A stretch of DNA of 64,000 nt from Collinsella sp. (lineage in GTDB: Bacteria; Actinomycetota; Coriobacteriia; Coriobacteriales; Coriobacteriaceae): assembly GCA_036301625.1 (NCBI GenBank), contig JAXJEC010000042.1:11229-75228 (forward strand). The letters run 5' to 3'. Every line of letters starts with the position of its first letter. Within the stretch, counting starts at the first letter, position 1. The notes beneath the pieces are model-generated. The model searched no databases and was not told the DNA's origin. It was given only the letters and a program-made list of their open reading frames with translations. Both the position numbers and the translations under genes were made by a program. Below, piece after piece: positions 52,882 through 62,687 of this stretch.

Positions 52882-53757
52882 TTACTGCTGCTGGGCGCGG
52901 CGGGCGGCTCGGCGGGCCCTTGCTTCCTGGATCTCATCGAGGTGAGCGATGATCTCGGAGGCGCTCTCCTCGATCGCCTTGCCGTCGGTACGCACTACAA
53001 AGCAACCCAGGCGCTTCATGAGAGCACGAGCCTCCTCGAGCTCGCTTCGCACGCTCTCGGGCTCGGCATAGGAGCCGGCGACGGCACGGGCATAGTCGTC
53101 GCCCAAGCGGCTATCGCGAATCTCAGAAATAACGTCGACGGTCGAAATCAGGCCAAACAACCGCATCGGGTCTACCTCGTAAATCGACTTAGGCGGCTCC
53201 ATACCGTGCGCCAACGGAACGTTGGCGACCTTGTAGCCCTGATAGGCCAAATACATCGACAGCGGCGTCTTGGATGTGCGCGACACGCCCAGCAGCACGA
53301 TATCGGCACCCGACAGATCGTCGCAACCACGTCCGTCATCGTGCTCGACAAAGTACTCCATGGCCTCGATGCGGTGGAAATACCGGTCATCGGTCTTATG
53401 GATCACACCCGCCACTCCTTTTGGCGGCACGCCGATAAGCGACGACAGCACGGCAAGCGTCGGGCCGATCAGGTCGACCGAGCGAATGTGCAGCATGCCC
53501 AAGTAGTCGAGCACGCGAGCACGAAGCGCCGGATCGACAATTGTGTGGAATACGGCGATATCACGATGGTCGGCATCGACTCGCGGGCCCACAAACGACT
53601 TGACCTGCTCCACCGAGGTCACCTTAGGCAGACGTAAAACACGAAAAGCCCCTTCATCAAATTGCCCGGACGCCGCAAGCACCACCTCACAAGCGGTATC
53701 ACCGAGCGAGTCGGAGATAACGATAACGGTGGGACGAGCGGCGACCGGGCAATCCAT
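52882..53757 (-). CDS. PPDK regulatory protein (PDRP, DUF299)
   Basis: ISDSLGDT, YFHRIEAMEY...HDDG, GVSRTSKTP. Confidence 0.96.
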   Translation of the reverse strand: MDCPVAARPTVIVISDSLGDTACEVVLAASGQFDEGAFRVLRLPKVTSVEQVKSFVGPRVDADHRDIAVFHTIVDPALRARVLDYLGMLHIRSVDLIGPTLAVLSSLIGVPPKGVAGVIHKTDDRYFHRIEAMEYFVEHDDGRGCDDLSGADIVLLGVSRTSKTPLSMYLAYQGYKVANVPLAHGMEPPKSIYEVDPMRLFGLISTVDVISEIRDSRLGDDYARAVAGSYAEPESVRSELEEARALMKRLGCFVVRTDGKAIEESASEIIAHLDEIQEARARRAARRAQQQ

Positions 53758-53791
53758 GCGGGGCTCCTTTTGCGCTTACGCGCAGGCTAGC

Positions 53792-55888
53792 TTACTTTTT
53801 GCGGGCAAGCTCACCGATGTTGGCGATGCCGGAGAAAACGGCCTCGAAGCGGTTGAGCAGCTTAAGGCGATTATCGCGGAGCTGCTCGTCCTTGTCCATG
53901 ACCATAACCTCGTCAAAGAAACGGTCGATGGGGGCACGCAGGGCGGCAAGGGCGGCAAATGCGGCCGGGTAATCCTCGGTAGCAAGGGCGGCATCGACGG
54001 CGGTCTGGGCGGCCTCGGAGGCGTCGGCAAGCGCAAGCTCGACCTCGCCCATCAGGCTGCGGTCGTACTCCACGCCCAGCTCGGGCTTGGAGATATGCGC
54101 GGCGCGAGCATAGGCGGTCGCAAGGTTGTCGAACGTCTCGGCGTCGTTCTTGCGGGCCTCGTCGAGGGCGGCGCAGCGGGCGAAGAAGACGGACGGAGCG
54201 ATGATGTGCACCGCGGAGACGGCGGCAACGGTATCGGCCGGGATCTTTTCGTCGCGGGCCATGCTCACCAGGCGGCCATGGAAGAAGTCACGAACCTGCT
54301 GGGCGACCTCGGCGGCGTCGAACTCAATGCCCTGCTCGCCATAGAGCTCGAGGGCGAAGTCGATAAGCGACGTGGGGTCGATCGGCAGACGGTCGCGCAG
54401 GATGTTGATGATGCCGATAGCGGCACGACGCAGCGCATAGGGGTCGGAGGAGCCGGTCGGGGGCTCGCCGATGGCAAAGATACCGGCAATGGTATCGAGC
54501 TTGTCGGCACAGGCCACGATGCAGCCAGCGGTGCCCTCGGGCAGCTCGTCACCGGCAAAGCGGGGACGATAGTGATCGCGAATGGCGTGGGCGACCTCGT
54601 CGTTCTCCCCCATCGCGGTCGCGTAATAACCGCCCATCACGCCCTGCTGGCTCGTAAACTCGACGACGGCGTTAGACACCAGGTCGGCCTTGCACAGGTG
54701 CGCGGCGCGAGCAGCGTCGGCGGCCAGGTGGGCGCCCAGATGGGCCTCGCGAGCGATGGCAAGCGCGAGTTGCTCAATGCGCTCGGACTTGGCGAGCACG
54801 CTACCGAGCTTCTCCTGGAAGGCGACCTTGGCCAGACGCTCGCGGAACTCGTCGAGGGAGATCTTCAGGTCCTCCTCGTAGAAGAACTTGGCGTCGTCCA
54901 GACGGGCGCGCACGACGCGCTCGTTGCCGTCAATCACGCGCTCGGCATTCTCGGGCTTGCTGTTGGAAACGACCACGAACTCACGCGTGAGCTTGCCCTC
55001 GCCGTCATAGATCGGGAAGTAGCGCTGGTTGGTGAGCATGGACTCGCAGATAATCTCGTGCGGGACCTTGAGAAACTCCTCATCGAAGGTACCGACGAGC
55101 ACCGTCGGCCACTCGCAGAGGTTAATGACCTCCTCAAAGACCTTCTTGGGCGTATCGACATGGCAGCCGGGACGGGCAGCCTCGACCTCGGCGATACCGG
55201 CGAGGATGGCCTCACGACGACGCTCGGCAGAAAGCACACCGGCGTCCTCGAGCACCTGCTCGTAGACGGCGGGGCTGGCAACCACATGGTCGCCAGGGCC
55301 AAGCACGCGATGACCACGCGTGGTGTTGCCACTCGTCACGTCGGCAAACGACACGGGCACAACATCCTCGCCCAAAAGGCAGCAGATCCAGCGGACCGGA
55401 CGAACAAAGGTCGCATGCTCGTGACCCCAACGCTGGGAGCGGTAGTTGGGCCACTGCAGGCCGGCGATGGTCTTCTCGCACAGAGCGGTCAGAATCGGCG
55501 TAGCCGGTGCGGAGGGAATGTTCTTCTCGGCGAACACATACTCGCGACCGTCAGTGTCCTCGCGACGGACCAGGTCCTCGGCAGCCACACCGCACTTGCG
55601 AGCGAAGCCCTGGGCGGCCTTGGTGGCGTTGCCGTCGGCATCAAAGGCAATGTTTGCCGCGGGACCACGCTTGACCTCGTGAACCTCATCGGTCGCGGTG
55701 GCGACGTCGGCCACGAGCGCAGCCAGACGACGCGGGCTCGAGATCACGCGGACCTCGCCGTGGGCCAGGCCGGCCTCGTCGAGACCCTTGGCAATCATGG
55801 TGCCAAGCTGCTTGACGGCATTGTTCAGCGGTGCAGAGGGCATTTCCTCCGTACCGATCTCAAACAGGAAATCCTTAGCGTCTGCCAT
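53792..55888 (-). CDS. glyS: Glycine-tRNA ligase beta subunit
   Basis: LFEIGTEEMP, SPRRL, FVRPVRW, GSSDPYALRR. Confidence 0.97.
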   Translation of the reverse strand: MADAKDFLFEIGTEEMPSAPLNNAVKQLGTMIAKGLDEAGLAHGEVRVISSPRRLAALVADVATATDEVHEVKRGPAANIAFDADGNATKAAQGFARKCGVAAEDLVRREDTDGREYVFAEKNIPSAPATPILTALCEKTIAGLQWPNYRSQRWGHEHATFVRPVRWICCLLGEDVVPVSFADVTSGNTTRGHRVLGPGDHVVASPAVYEQVLEDAGVLSAERRREAILAGIAEVEAARPGCHVDTPKKVFEEVINLCEWPTVLVGTFDEEFLKVPHEIICESMLTNQRYFPIYDGEGKLTREFVVVSNSKPENAERVIDGNERVVRARLDDAKFFYEEDLKISLDEFRERLAKVAFQEKLGSVLAKSERIEQLALAIAREAHLGAHLAADAARAAHLCKADLVSNAVVEFTSQQGVMGGYYATAMGENDEVAHAIRDHYRPRFAGDELPEGTAGCIVACADKLDTIAGIFAIGEPPTGSSDPYALRRAAIGIINILRDRLPIDPTSLIDFALELYGEQGIEFDAAEVAQQVRDFFHGRLVSMARDEKIPADTVAAVSAVHIIAPSVFFARCAALDEARKNDAETFDNLATAYARAAHISKPELGVEYDRSLMGEVELALADASEAAQTAVDAALATEDYPAAFAALAALRAPIDRFFDEVMVMDKDEQLRDNRLKLLNRFEAVFSGIANIGELARKK

Positions 55889-55891
55889 GGC

Positions 55892-56803
55892 TTACGCCAC
55901 CTCGCCTTCCTGGTCGGCATTCTCGTTGACTCCAGCGACCTCGGCCATATAGGCCTCGCAGCACGCCTTGGCGACGGCGCGGACGCGCAGGATGTAGTTA
56001 GCACGCTCGACCGCGGACAGCGCACCGCGAGCATCGAGCAGGTTGAAGGCATGGCTGCACTTCATGACGCAGTCGTAAGCGGGCAGCGGCAGCTTGCGCT
56101 CAAGGCAGGAGTGGCACTCGGCCTCGTAGTCGTCAAACTTCTGACGCATCATCTCGACGTTGGCGACCTCAAAGTTGTAGGCGCTAAACTCGCGCTCGTT
56201 CTCCAGGAACACGTCGCCATAGGTCATCGGCGTGCCATCGGGCAGATAGCTCCACACCAGGTCGTAGACGGAGTTGACGCCCTGAGCGTACATGGCGATG
56301 CGCTCCAGACCATAGGTAATCTCGACGGGCACAGGGTCGACCTCGATGCCGCCCACCTGCTGGAAGTACGTAAACTGCGTGACCTCCATGCCGTTGAGCC
56401 AGACCTCCCAGCCAAGGCCCCAGGCGCCCAGCGTCGGGCTCTCCCAGTCGTCCTCGACAAAGCGGACGTCATGGTCGTTGGGGTCCAGACCGATAGCGGC
56501 AAGAGACCCCAGGTAGAGCTCCTGGGCGTTGACCGGCGACGGCTTGATGAGCACCTGGAACTGATAGTAGTGCTGCATGCGGTTGGGATTCTCGCCGTAG
56601 CGGCCGTCGGCGGGACGGCGGCAAGGCTGAGCGTAGCAGGTGCGCCACTCGGCAGGACCGAGCGAGCGCAACGTGGTCGCGGTGTGGAAGGTACCGGCAC
56701 CGACCTCGGAGTCATAGGGCTGCATAATGACGCAGCCCTGCTCGCCCCAGTACTGCTGGAGGCGCAGGATGATGTCTTGGAAGGAAAGCGATGAAGCGTT
56801 CAT
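55892..56803 (-). CDS. glyQ: Glycine-tRNA ligase alpha subunit
   Basis: [26 protein letters not shown]. Confidence 0.98.
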   Translation of the reverse strand: MNASSLSFQDIILRLQQYWGEQGCVIMQPYDSEVGAGTFHTATTLRSLGPAEWRTCYAQPCRRPADGRYGENPNRMQHYYQFQVLIKPSPVNAQELYLGSLAAIGLDPNDHDVRFVEDDWESPTLGAWGLGWEVWLNGMEVTQFTYFQQVGGIEVDPVPVEITYGLERIAMYAQGVNSVYDLVWSYLPDGTPMTYGDVFLENEREFSAYNFEVANVEMMRQKFDDYEAECHSCLERKLPLPAYDCVMKCSHAFNLLDARGALSAVERANYILRVRAVAKACCEAYMAEVAGVNENADQEGEVA

Positions 56804-56862
56804 GCCTCTAATATCCCCTCGTCGAAACGATTACACGGTTAGGTTCTGTACTATAGCGGTTT

Positions 56863-57432
56863 TTAGTCGATAGTGCCGATGCGGTTGAGCGGCCAGTAGC
56901 GCACAAGCGCCACGGCGATCAAATCAGAGCGATCAACGGGACCAAAGTAGCGCGAGTCGGCAGAGTTTTCGCGGTTGTCGCCCATCACCCACACGCACCC
57001 GTCGGGAACGGTGTAGGGATAGCTTACCTGAGCGCCGGGAGCTTGGACCGAAAGCGGCCAGCTCATGCCGGTCGTATAGCCCTCGTCGAGCGCTTGGCCG
57101 TCAACGACCACCTTGCCGTCCTGAAGGTCGACCGTCTGGCCGGCCGTGGCAATAACACGCTTGACGAGAACATCATGCTCGGAGGTGCCATCTGGGTTGT
57201 GGAACACCACAATATCGCCTTGGCTGACGGGGCGGCCGAGCTCAAGGCTCACCTTTTGCGCCAGGATCTGGTCGCCGATCTCGATCGTGGACTCCATGGA
57301 GCCGGTGGGCACCACAAAGGGTTCGACCACAAACGAGCGAATCAAGAAGGTGGCGACCAGTGCGATGGCGACGACCGCGATCCACTCAAACGCACCCTTT
57401 AGCACGGAATGCTGCGAAGGAACCATTCTCAC
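56863..57432 (-). CDS. lepB: Signal peptidase I
   Basis: GSM, VKRVI, GDNRENSADSR. Confidence 0.95.
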   Translation of the reverse strand: MRMVPSQHSVLKGAFEWIAVVAIALVATFLIRSFVVEPFVVPTGSMESTIEIGDQILAQKVSLELGRPVSQGDIVVFHNPDGTSEHDVLVKRVIATAGQTVDLQDGKVVVDGQALDEGYTTGMSWPLSVQAPGAQVSYPYTVPDGCVWVMGDNRENSADSRYFGPVDRSDLIAVALVRYWPLNRIGTID

Positions 57433-58187
57433 TCCTCGCTCTTCGAATACGATGCGTCCAGGATCTCTTGCGCGTATGCGCGCTCCTCGGGCGTAAGCCG
57501 CGCCGTCTCGATCAGGTCGGGACGCCAGCGGCAGGTGCGCTCGATGGCATTCTTACGGCGCCAGGCGTCAACCTTGGCGTGGTCGCCGCTCACGAGCACC
57601 GGCGGCACGCCCTCGCCGTTGAACTCGGCGGGGCGGGTGTACTGCGCGTACTCGAGCAGGCCTCCGTCCTCGGCGGTCGAGAACGACTCGTCCACGTTGC
57701 TCATCTCGTCGCCCAGGGCACCGGGAATGAGGCGTACGACAGCATCGGCAACGACCATGGCGGGTAGCTCGCCACCCGTAAGCACGTAGTCGCCGATCGA
57801 CAGACGCTCGTCGGCATACGCATACGCGCGCTCGTCGACGCCTTCGTAGCGGCTACAGACAAACAGCAGGCGCTCGCTTTTGAGCAGGCGCTCGGCCACA
57901 TGCTGCGTAAAGGGCTCGCCACAGGGGGTGAAGAACACCACGGTGGGCTTGGGACCCTCGGAGCTAATAGCCTCGATGGCCTCGGCAATAGGCTCGACCT
58001 TCATGAGCATGCCCTGCCCGCCGCCGTACGGCTCGTCATCGACGGTGCGATGACGGTCGTGCGTCCAGTCGCGCAGGTTATAGGCCTTAAAATCAAAAAG
58101 GCCGGCCTTGCGGGCACGGCCCAAAATCGACGTGGACATAACGGGCTCAAACATCTCGGGAAAGACCGAAAGGGTCTCGATTAGCAT
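57429..58187 (-). CDS. trmD: tRNA (guanine-N1)-methyltransferase
   Basis: VDDEPYGGG, RYEGVDER, SIGDYVLTGGE. Confidence 0.98.
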   Translation of the reverse strand: MLIETLSVFPEMFEPVMSTSILGRARKAGLFDFKAYNLRDWTHDRHRTVDDEPYGGGQGMLMKVEPIAEAIEAISSEGPKPTVVFFTPCGEPFTQHVAERLLKSERLLFVCSRYEGVDERAYAYADERLSIGDYVLTGGELPAMVVADAVVRLIPGALGDEMSNVDESFSTAEDGGLLEYAQYTRPAEFNGEGVPPVLVSGDHAKVDAWRRKNAIERTCRWRPDLIETARLTPEERAYAQEILDASYSKSEE

Positions 58188-58197
58188 GTTGACCTCC

Positions 58198-58719
58198 CTA
58201 CTTGTCCATATCGATCAAGCCGTCCATAACGTGGACGGAAATTGTTCCTGTGTCGGGAAGATCGAGCACAACCTGCTCGATCACGGGAATCAGTACCTCG
58301 CCATACCGATCGCCCTCGACAACCCAAACATCGTTGGCGGGCGTCGACATGATCTCGACAATCGTGCCGAGCGAGCCGAAGCGCTCGTCGACCACTTCGC
58401 GACCCATCAGGTCAGCATAGGCGGCGTCGAGCGAATCGAGCTCAAAGTCGTCACGATTTGCCAGCACGTAGCATCCGGTGATGCCCTCGGCGGCCGTCAA
58501 GTCGTCAATGCCCTCAAACGAGACCAGATCGCCATCGCCCGTATCGGTGACGGATACGACCGTGCAAAAACGGTCGCGCTTGAGCGCCGGCGGCGTCAGG
58601 GCGACGCGCATACCCGGCTCCAATACAGAAGGAAGCCCCCGCAGCGGCTGCGCGAGGACCTCCCCCTTCCTTCCGTGCGGCTTGACCACACGGGCGATGT
58701 TTTTGTACTGGGCCCTCAA
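58198..58719 (-). CDS. rimM: Ribosome maturation factor RimM
   Basis: PHGRKGE, PRC barrel ANDVW, LIP; position in rpsP operon. Confidence 0.93.
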   Translation of the reverse strand: MRAQYKNIARVVKPHGRKGEVLAQPLRGLPSVLEPGMRVALTPPALKRDRFCTVVSVTDTGDGDLVSFEGIDDLTAAEGITGCYVLANRDDFELDSLDAAYADLMGREVVDERFGSLGTIVEIMSTPANDVWVVEGDRYGEVLIPVIEQVVLDLPDTGTISVHVMDGLIDMDK

Positions 58720-58723
58720 AGTC

Positions 58724-59008
58724 CTAGCCCAGAACCTCTACCTCGACAGCGGTGTCGAGGCGAGCGGCCAGTGCACGGGCGAGCGTGCGGATGGCCTTGA
58801 TGGTACGGCCACGACGGCCGATGACCTTAGCGACGTCATCCTCGGCAACCGAAACCTCAATCGTAGAAGCGTCGTCGCCATCGATGACCTCGAGGCTCAC
58901 GGAATCCGGGTCGTCAACGATCTGAACAACGAGATATTCGACGAGATCGGCGATGCGATCTGAGAGCATTGCCTCACCCTCGAGCTGTGCAGCGTCAACC
59001 TCAGGCAC
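58724..59008 (-). CDS. khpA: KH-domain RNA-binding protein KhpA
   Basis: VIGRRGRTIKAIR; between rpsP and rimM. Confidence 0.9.
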   Translation of the reverse strand: MPEVDAAQLEGEAMLSDRIADLVEYLVVQIVDDPDSVSLEVIDGDDASTIEVSVAEDDVAKVIGRRGRTIKAIRTLARALAARLDTAVEVEVLG

Positions 59009-59011
59009 GAT

Positions 59012-59353
59012 TTACTCCTCGGCGCCCTCAGCGGCCTCAGCGGCAGCCTTAGCGGCCTCGGCCTCTTTGGCGAGCTGCTTCTTGGACTTCTTGACGACGG
59101 TCTCGGTCTTCTCGCCCTCGTTGGCGGCCTTGACCAGAGCGGCGACGGCGTCGGTGAGCTGAGCGCCCTTGGACTGCCAGTCGGCGATCTTCTCGAGATC
59201 GAGGTTGATGGTCTTGGGGGCGGTCATCGGGTTGTAGCGGCCAACCTCCTCGATGATACGACCGTCACGCGGGGCGCGGGAATCGGCGACGACGACACGG
59301 TAGTACGGACGCTTCTTAGCGCCGTGACGAGCAAGGCGAATCTTGACTGCCAA
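59012..59353 (-). CDS. rpsP: 30S ribosomal protein S16
   Basis: [28 protein letters not shown] start after ggagg. Confidence 0.97.
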   Translation of the reverse strand: MAVKIRLARHGAKKRPYYRVVVADSRAPRDGRIIEEVGRYNPMTAPKTINLDLEKIADWQSKGAQLTDAVAALVKAANEGEKTETVVKKSKKQLAKEAEAAKAAAEAAEGAEE

Positions 59354-59554
59354 AGGAAACTCCTCCAACCAAGCAGCTTTAGGCTGCAACTACAAACAAA
59401 CAATTGAACATAATACGCCATCGACGCGGGCAGGTGAAGTCCGTGAGACCAACTTCTTCGGTGTAGTCGAAGGCAAATCCATATCTTAGACAAGAATTCG
59501 CGATTTGCAAGCACATCCACGCACCCCACATGAGCTGCGCGGTATACTCATGCC

Positions 59555-60808
59555 ATGAAAAGACGCGAACATACATACGGTTATGAGGATGCTGCGGGCG
59601 TCACTCCACCGCCCTGGACGGGACCGGCGGTGGGCCTGATGGACCTCGATGCGTTTTTTGCGAGCGTGGAGATGCTCGACCATCCCGAGTGGCGCGGTAA
59701 GCCGCTCATCGTGGGTGGCGATGCCGATTCCCGCGGCGTCGTGTCCACCTGCTCCTACGAGGCACGTCGCTTTGGCGTGCACTCCGCCATGCCCTCGGCC
59801 GAGGCGCAGCGTCTGTGTCCTCAGGCCATTTGGACACACGGGCACTTCGACCGCTACCGCGAGGTCAGTGCACAGGTCATGGCTATCCTTGCCGATGAGA
59901 CCCCACGCGTAGAGCGCGTTTCGATTGATGAGGCCTTTATCGACATCACGCCGGGTCGCTTTGCACCCGAGGACCCACTGCTGGTTGCGCGGCGCATCAG
60001 CGATCGCGTGGCGGCGCTGGGGGTGACCTGCTCCATTGGCGTCGGCTGCAACAAGACGGTGGCAAAGATCGCAAGCGAGCAAGACAAGCCGTTTGGCCTA
60101 ACCATCGTGCGCCCCGGAACGGAGCAGCGTTTTTTGGCCGTACTGCCGGTGTCCGCCATGAGCGGCATCGGGCGCTCGGCCGAGGAGCGACTGCGCCGCA
60201 TGCGCATCTATACGCTGGGAGAGCTTTCGCGCGCGCCGGAGTCAACGCTGGCCGCCATTTTTGGCGTGAACGGCGAGCGCATGCGCCAGCGCGCGCTAGG
60301 ACTCGAAATCTCCGAAGTCACGAGTCTCGATGAAGAGCGCGAGGTCAAGTCGGTCAGCAATGAACGCACCTTTGCGAAAGATTTGACTGAGCGTGGGGAT
60401 ATTGAGGCGGCGATTGCGCTGTTGGGAGAGTCAGTGGGACGCCGTCTGCGCCGTCAGGGGCTGACGGGTGCCACGGTAACGCTCAAGCTTAAGTATTCAT
60501 ATGGCAGCGGGCGTACGGCACAGCGCCGGCTGCCTCATCCGACCGACGATGAGAACATCTTCGTGGCGGTTGCACTCGAACTGCTCGACAACATCTGGCA
60601 GGAAGGCATGCATGTTCGCTTAGCGGGCATCGGCATGAGCGACTTCGACCACCAAGGCGGCATCCAGACCGACCTGTTCTGCGAAGTCGACGACCGCGGA
60701 GCCCAATCCAGCGACCGCCGCGACCTCTCCGTCGCCATCGACGCCGTCCGAGACAAATTCGGCGACACCGCCCTTTCCTTCGGCCGCCAATCCCGCTTCA
60801 ACGATTAG
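59555..60808 (+). CDS. dinB: DNA polymerase IV
   Basis: DLDAFFASVE, SYEAR, SIDEAF, AKIAS. Confidence 0.96.
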   Translation: MKRREHTYGYEDAAGVTPPPWTGPAVGLMDLDAFFASVEMLDHPEWRGKPLIVGGDADSRGVVSTCSYEARRFGVHSAMPSAEAQRLCPQAIWTHGHFDRYREVSAQVMAILADETPRVERVSIDEAFIDITPGRFAPEDPLLVARRISDRVAALGVTCSIGVGCNKTVAKIASEQDKPFGLTIVRPGTEQRFLAVLPVSAMSGIGRSAEERLRRMRIYTLGELSRAPESTLAAIFGVNGERMRQRALGLEISEVTSLDEEREVKSVSNERTFAKDLTERGDIEAAIALLGESVGRRLRRQGLTGATVTLKLKYSYGSGRTAQRRLPHPTDDENIFVAVALELLDNIWQEGMHVRLAGIGMSDFDHQGGIQTDLFCEVDDRGAQSSDRRDLSVAIDAVRDKFGDTALSFGRQSRFND

Positions 60809-60827
60809 TCCCTGAGGCAAAAAGAAA

Positions 60828-60904
60828 GCCGGGTAGCTGCGGAAAACCGCAACTGCCCGGCGATATGCGTGAGGGTAGCTAAACCCCGTCTCAAATGAGC
60901 TACT
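60828..60904 (+). repeat. Hairpin plus degenerate family-B REP between dinB and rsfS
   Basis: gccgggtagctgcgg-aaaa-ccgcaactgcccggc; gggtagctaaaccccgtctcaaatgagctact resembles ggggtagctaaaatagccccgtcccaaattagctact. Confidence 0.7.
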
Positions 60905-61358
60905 AGAGGAGGTTGAGGGGGAGCTGGGGGGCGTCTCCCCAGAGTTTCTCGAGGCGGTAGAAGTCGCGGGCTTCGGGAGTGAAGACGTGGACGACAACCG
61001 AACCGTAGTCCATGAGCATCCAGGTCTTCTGCTCGCGACCCTCGATGGAGAACGGGTGCTCGCCGCAAGCCTCGGCGACCTTCTCCTCGATCTCGTCGAC
61101 GATAGAATCGACCTGGCGGTTGTTGGTACCGGTGGCAAGCACAAAGTAGTCGCATACGTCGGAAAGCTCGGTCAGGTCGAGCACCTGAACGTCCTCGCCC
61201 TTCTTGTCGTAGGCGGCCTGTGCGGCGGCGCGGGCGACATCCTCGGCGGCGACACCGCTCGCGGACAGCGAGGCGGCAGTGCGGTCGGACGTGGCGGCGA
61301 AGCTCTTGTGCTCCACATGTTCAAGAATCTGCTCGTCGGTCATGGTCTCGTCGGCCAT
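60903..61358 (-). CDS. rsfS: Ribosome silencing factor
   Basis: DKKGED, DYFVLATG, WMLMDYG, RDFYRLEKLW. Confidence 0.95.
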   Translation of the reverse strand: MADETMTDEQILEHVEHKSFAATSDRTAASLSASGVAAEDVARAAAQAAYDKKGEDVQVLDLTELSDVCDYFVLATGTNNRQVDSIVDEIEEKVAEACGEHPFSIEGREQKTWMLMDYGSVVVHVFTPEARDFYRLEKLWGDAPQLPLNLL

Positions 61359-61385
61359 GGAATACCTCTTTCTAGACAGCCCGAG

Positions 61386-61994
61386 CTAGCGCAGCTGGGC
61401 GTAATGGTTGTAAATCGAAATAGCCGTGGGATAAAGATAGCGCCCGGACTGGATCACATAGACCAAACCCTGCGCAAAACAGGAGAAGAACAACTCGTCG
61501 AGCGACGACTCCCCCACCATCTTGCGCAGCGCATGCGCATAGTCGCCGTGGCGGTTGGGCTCGATGGCATCGGCCACAAAGACAACCATATCGAGCGGCG
61601 TCATGTCGCAGGCACCCACGGTATGACGGTCGACAGCCTGGAAAACGGCCGGCGACAACTCGGGGAAAAGCTGCGGAAGCTCATAGGCGGCAACAGGACC
61701 ATGCAAAAGCGGCGTCGCGGCGGAAGGAGAGCCGGCAATCTTAATGCCGTAATGCAGAGCGCGCGTAACCAGCTCGTCGTCGGAGAGCACTTTGTCCCAG
61801 TCGTGGATCAGACCGGCAGCAGCGGCATCAAAGCGGTCAACGCCGTAGACCTCGGCCAGATGAAGTGCGGTCTCGGCAACACCCAGCGAATGCACATAGC
61901 GCTTGCGCTTATCCTTCATGCGAACATCGAGCAGCTCTTGAATGCGCTTGAGCAGCGCGCGCTCATCGCCCTCAAACTGATCCTCTACCGACAA
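61386..61994 (-). CDS. yqeK: Ap4A hydrolase YqeK (HD domain)
   Basis: RYVHSLGV, HD, HT, ADAIEP; after nadD. Confidence 0.9.
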   Translation of the reverse strand: MSVEDQFEGDERALLKRIQELLDVRMKDKRKRYVHSLGVAETALHLAEVYGVDRFDAAAAGLIHDWDKVLSDDELVTRALHYGIKIAGSPSAATPLLHGPVAAYELPQLFPELSPAVFQAVDRHTVGACDMTPLDMVVFVADAIEPNRHGDYAHALRKMVGESSLDELFFSCFAQGLVYVIQSGRYLYPTAISIYNHYAQLR

Positions 61995-62006
61995 CGTAGA
62001 CCCCCA

Positions 62007-62684
62007 TCACTCAAAATCTTCTTGGCCCAAATCGGCATATAGCCTGCGTTTGCGAATGTAGCCGAGCACGGACTCGCTCGTAAGATAGCGCACGCTCATG
62101 CCGCGGGCAACTCGCTTACGAATGTTCGTCGAGCTGATCGCCAGCGCCGGAATCTGAATATAGCGCACGTCGAACGGCAGCCCCGACTCTTTGATTCGGG
62201 CACGCGCCGTATCGATATCAAAACCCGGTCGCGTCGCCGCAATAAAGGTAGCAAGCTCAGCGATTCGTTCGGCATCATGCCAGGTCACAATATCGATAAT
62301 CGCGTCGGCGCCCGTAATAAAGTAGAGCTTTACCTGCGGCGGGTAAAAGTCGCGAAGGGCATGAAGCGTATCGGCCGTATAGGTTACGCCCGGGCGGTCG
62401 ATCTCGAACCGGCTCGCCAAAAAGGCCGGGTTCGCGGCGGTGGCGAGGACCGTCATAGCATAACGGTCCTCGGCAGGCGTCACCGGCTTGTCAAGCTTAA
62501 AGGCAGGAGAGCCCGCCGGCATAAAGAGCACAGCATCCAAGTCGAGCGACTCGCGCGCCTGCTCGGCGGTCACCAGGTGCCCGTAATGGATGGGATCAAA
62601 GGTGCCACCCATAATGCCGAGCCTAAACTCCTGCCCGTCCTCTAGAGGAAGCTCGGGCAGACCGATTCCACCGCGCAGCGACAT
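62007..62684 (-). CDS. nadD: Nicotinate-nucleotide adenylyltransferase
   Basis: GGTFDPIHYGH, ITGAD, ISSTNIR. Confidence 0.97.
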   Translation of the reverse strand: MSLRGGIGLPELPLEDGQEFRLGIMGGTFDPIHYGHLVTAEQARESLDLDAVLFMPAGSPAFKLDKPVTPAEDRYAMTVLATAANPAFLASRFEIDRPGVTYTADTLHALRDFYPPQVKLYFITGADAIIDIVTWHDAERIAELATFIAATRPGFDIDTARARIKESGLPFDVRYIQIPALAISSTNIRKRVARGMSVRYLTSESVLGYIRKRRLYADLGQEDFE

Positions 62685-62687
62685 GGC

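Noticed and set aside
59565..59580. LexA box near the dinB start (cgaacatacatacg)
   Set aside because: Only the left half matches GAAC-N4-GTTC and it lies within the predicted ORF; too weak to call
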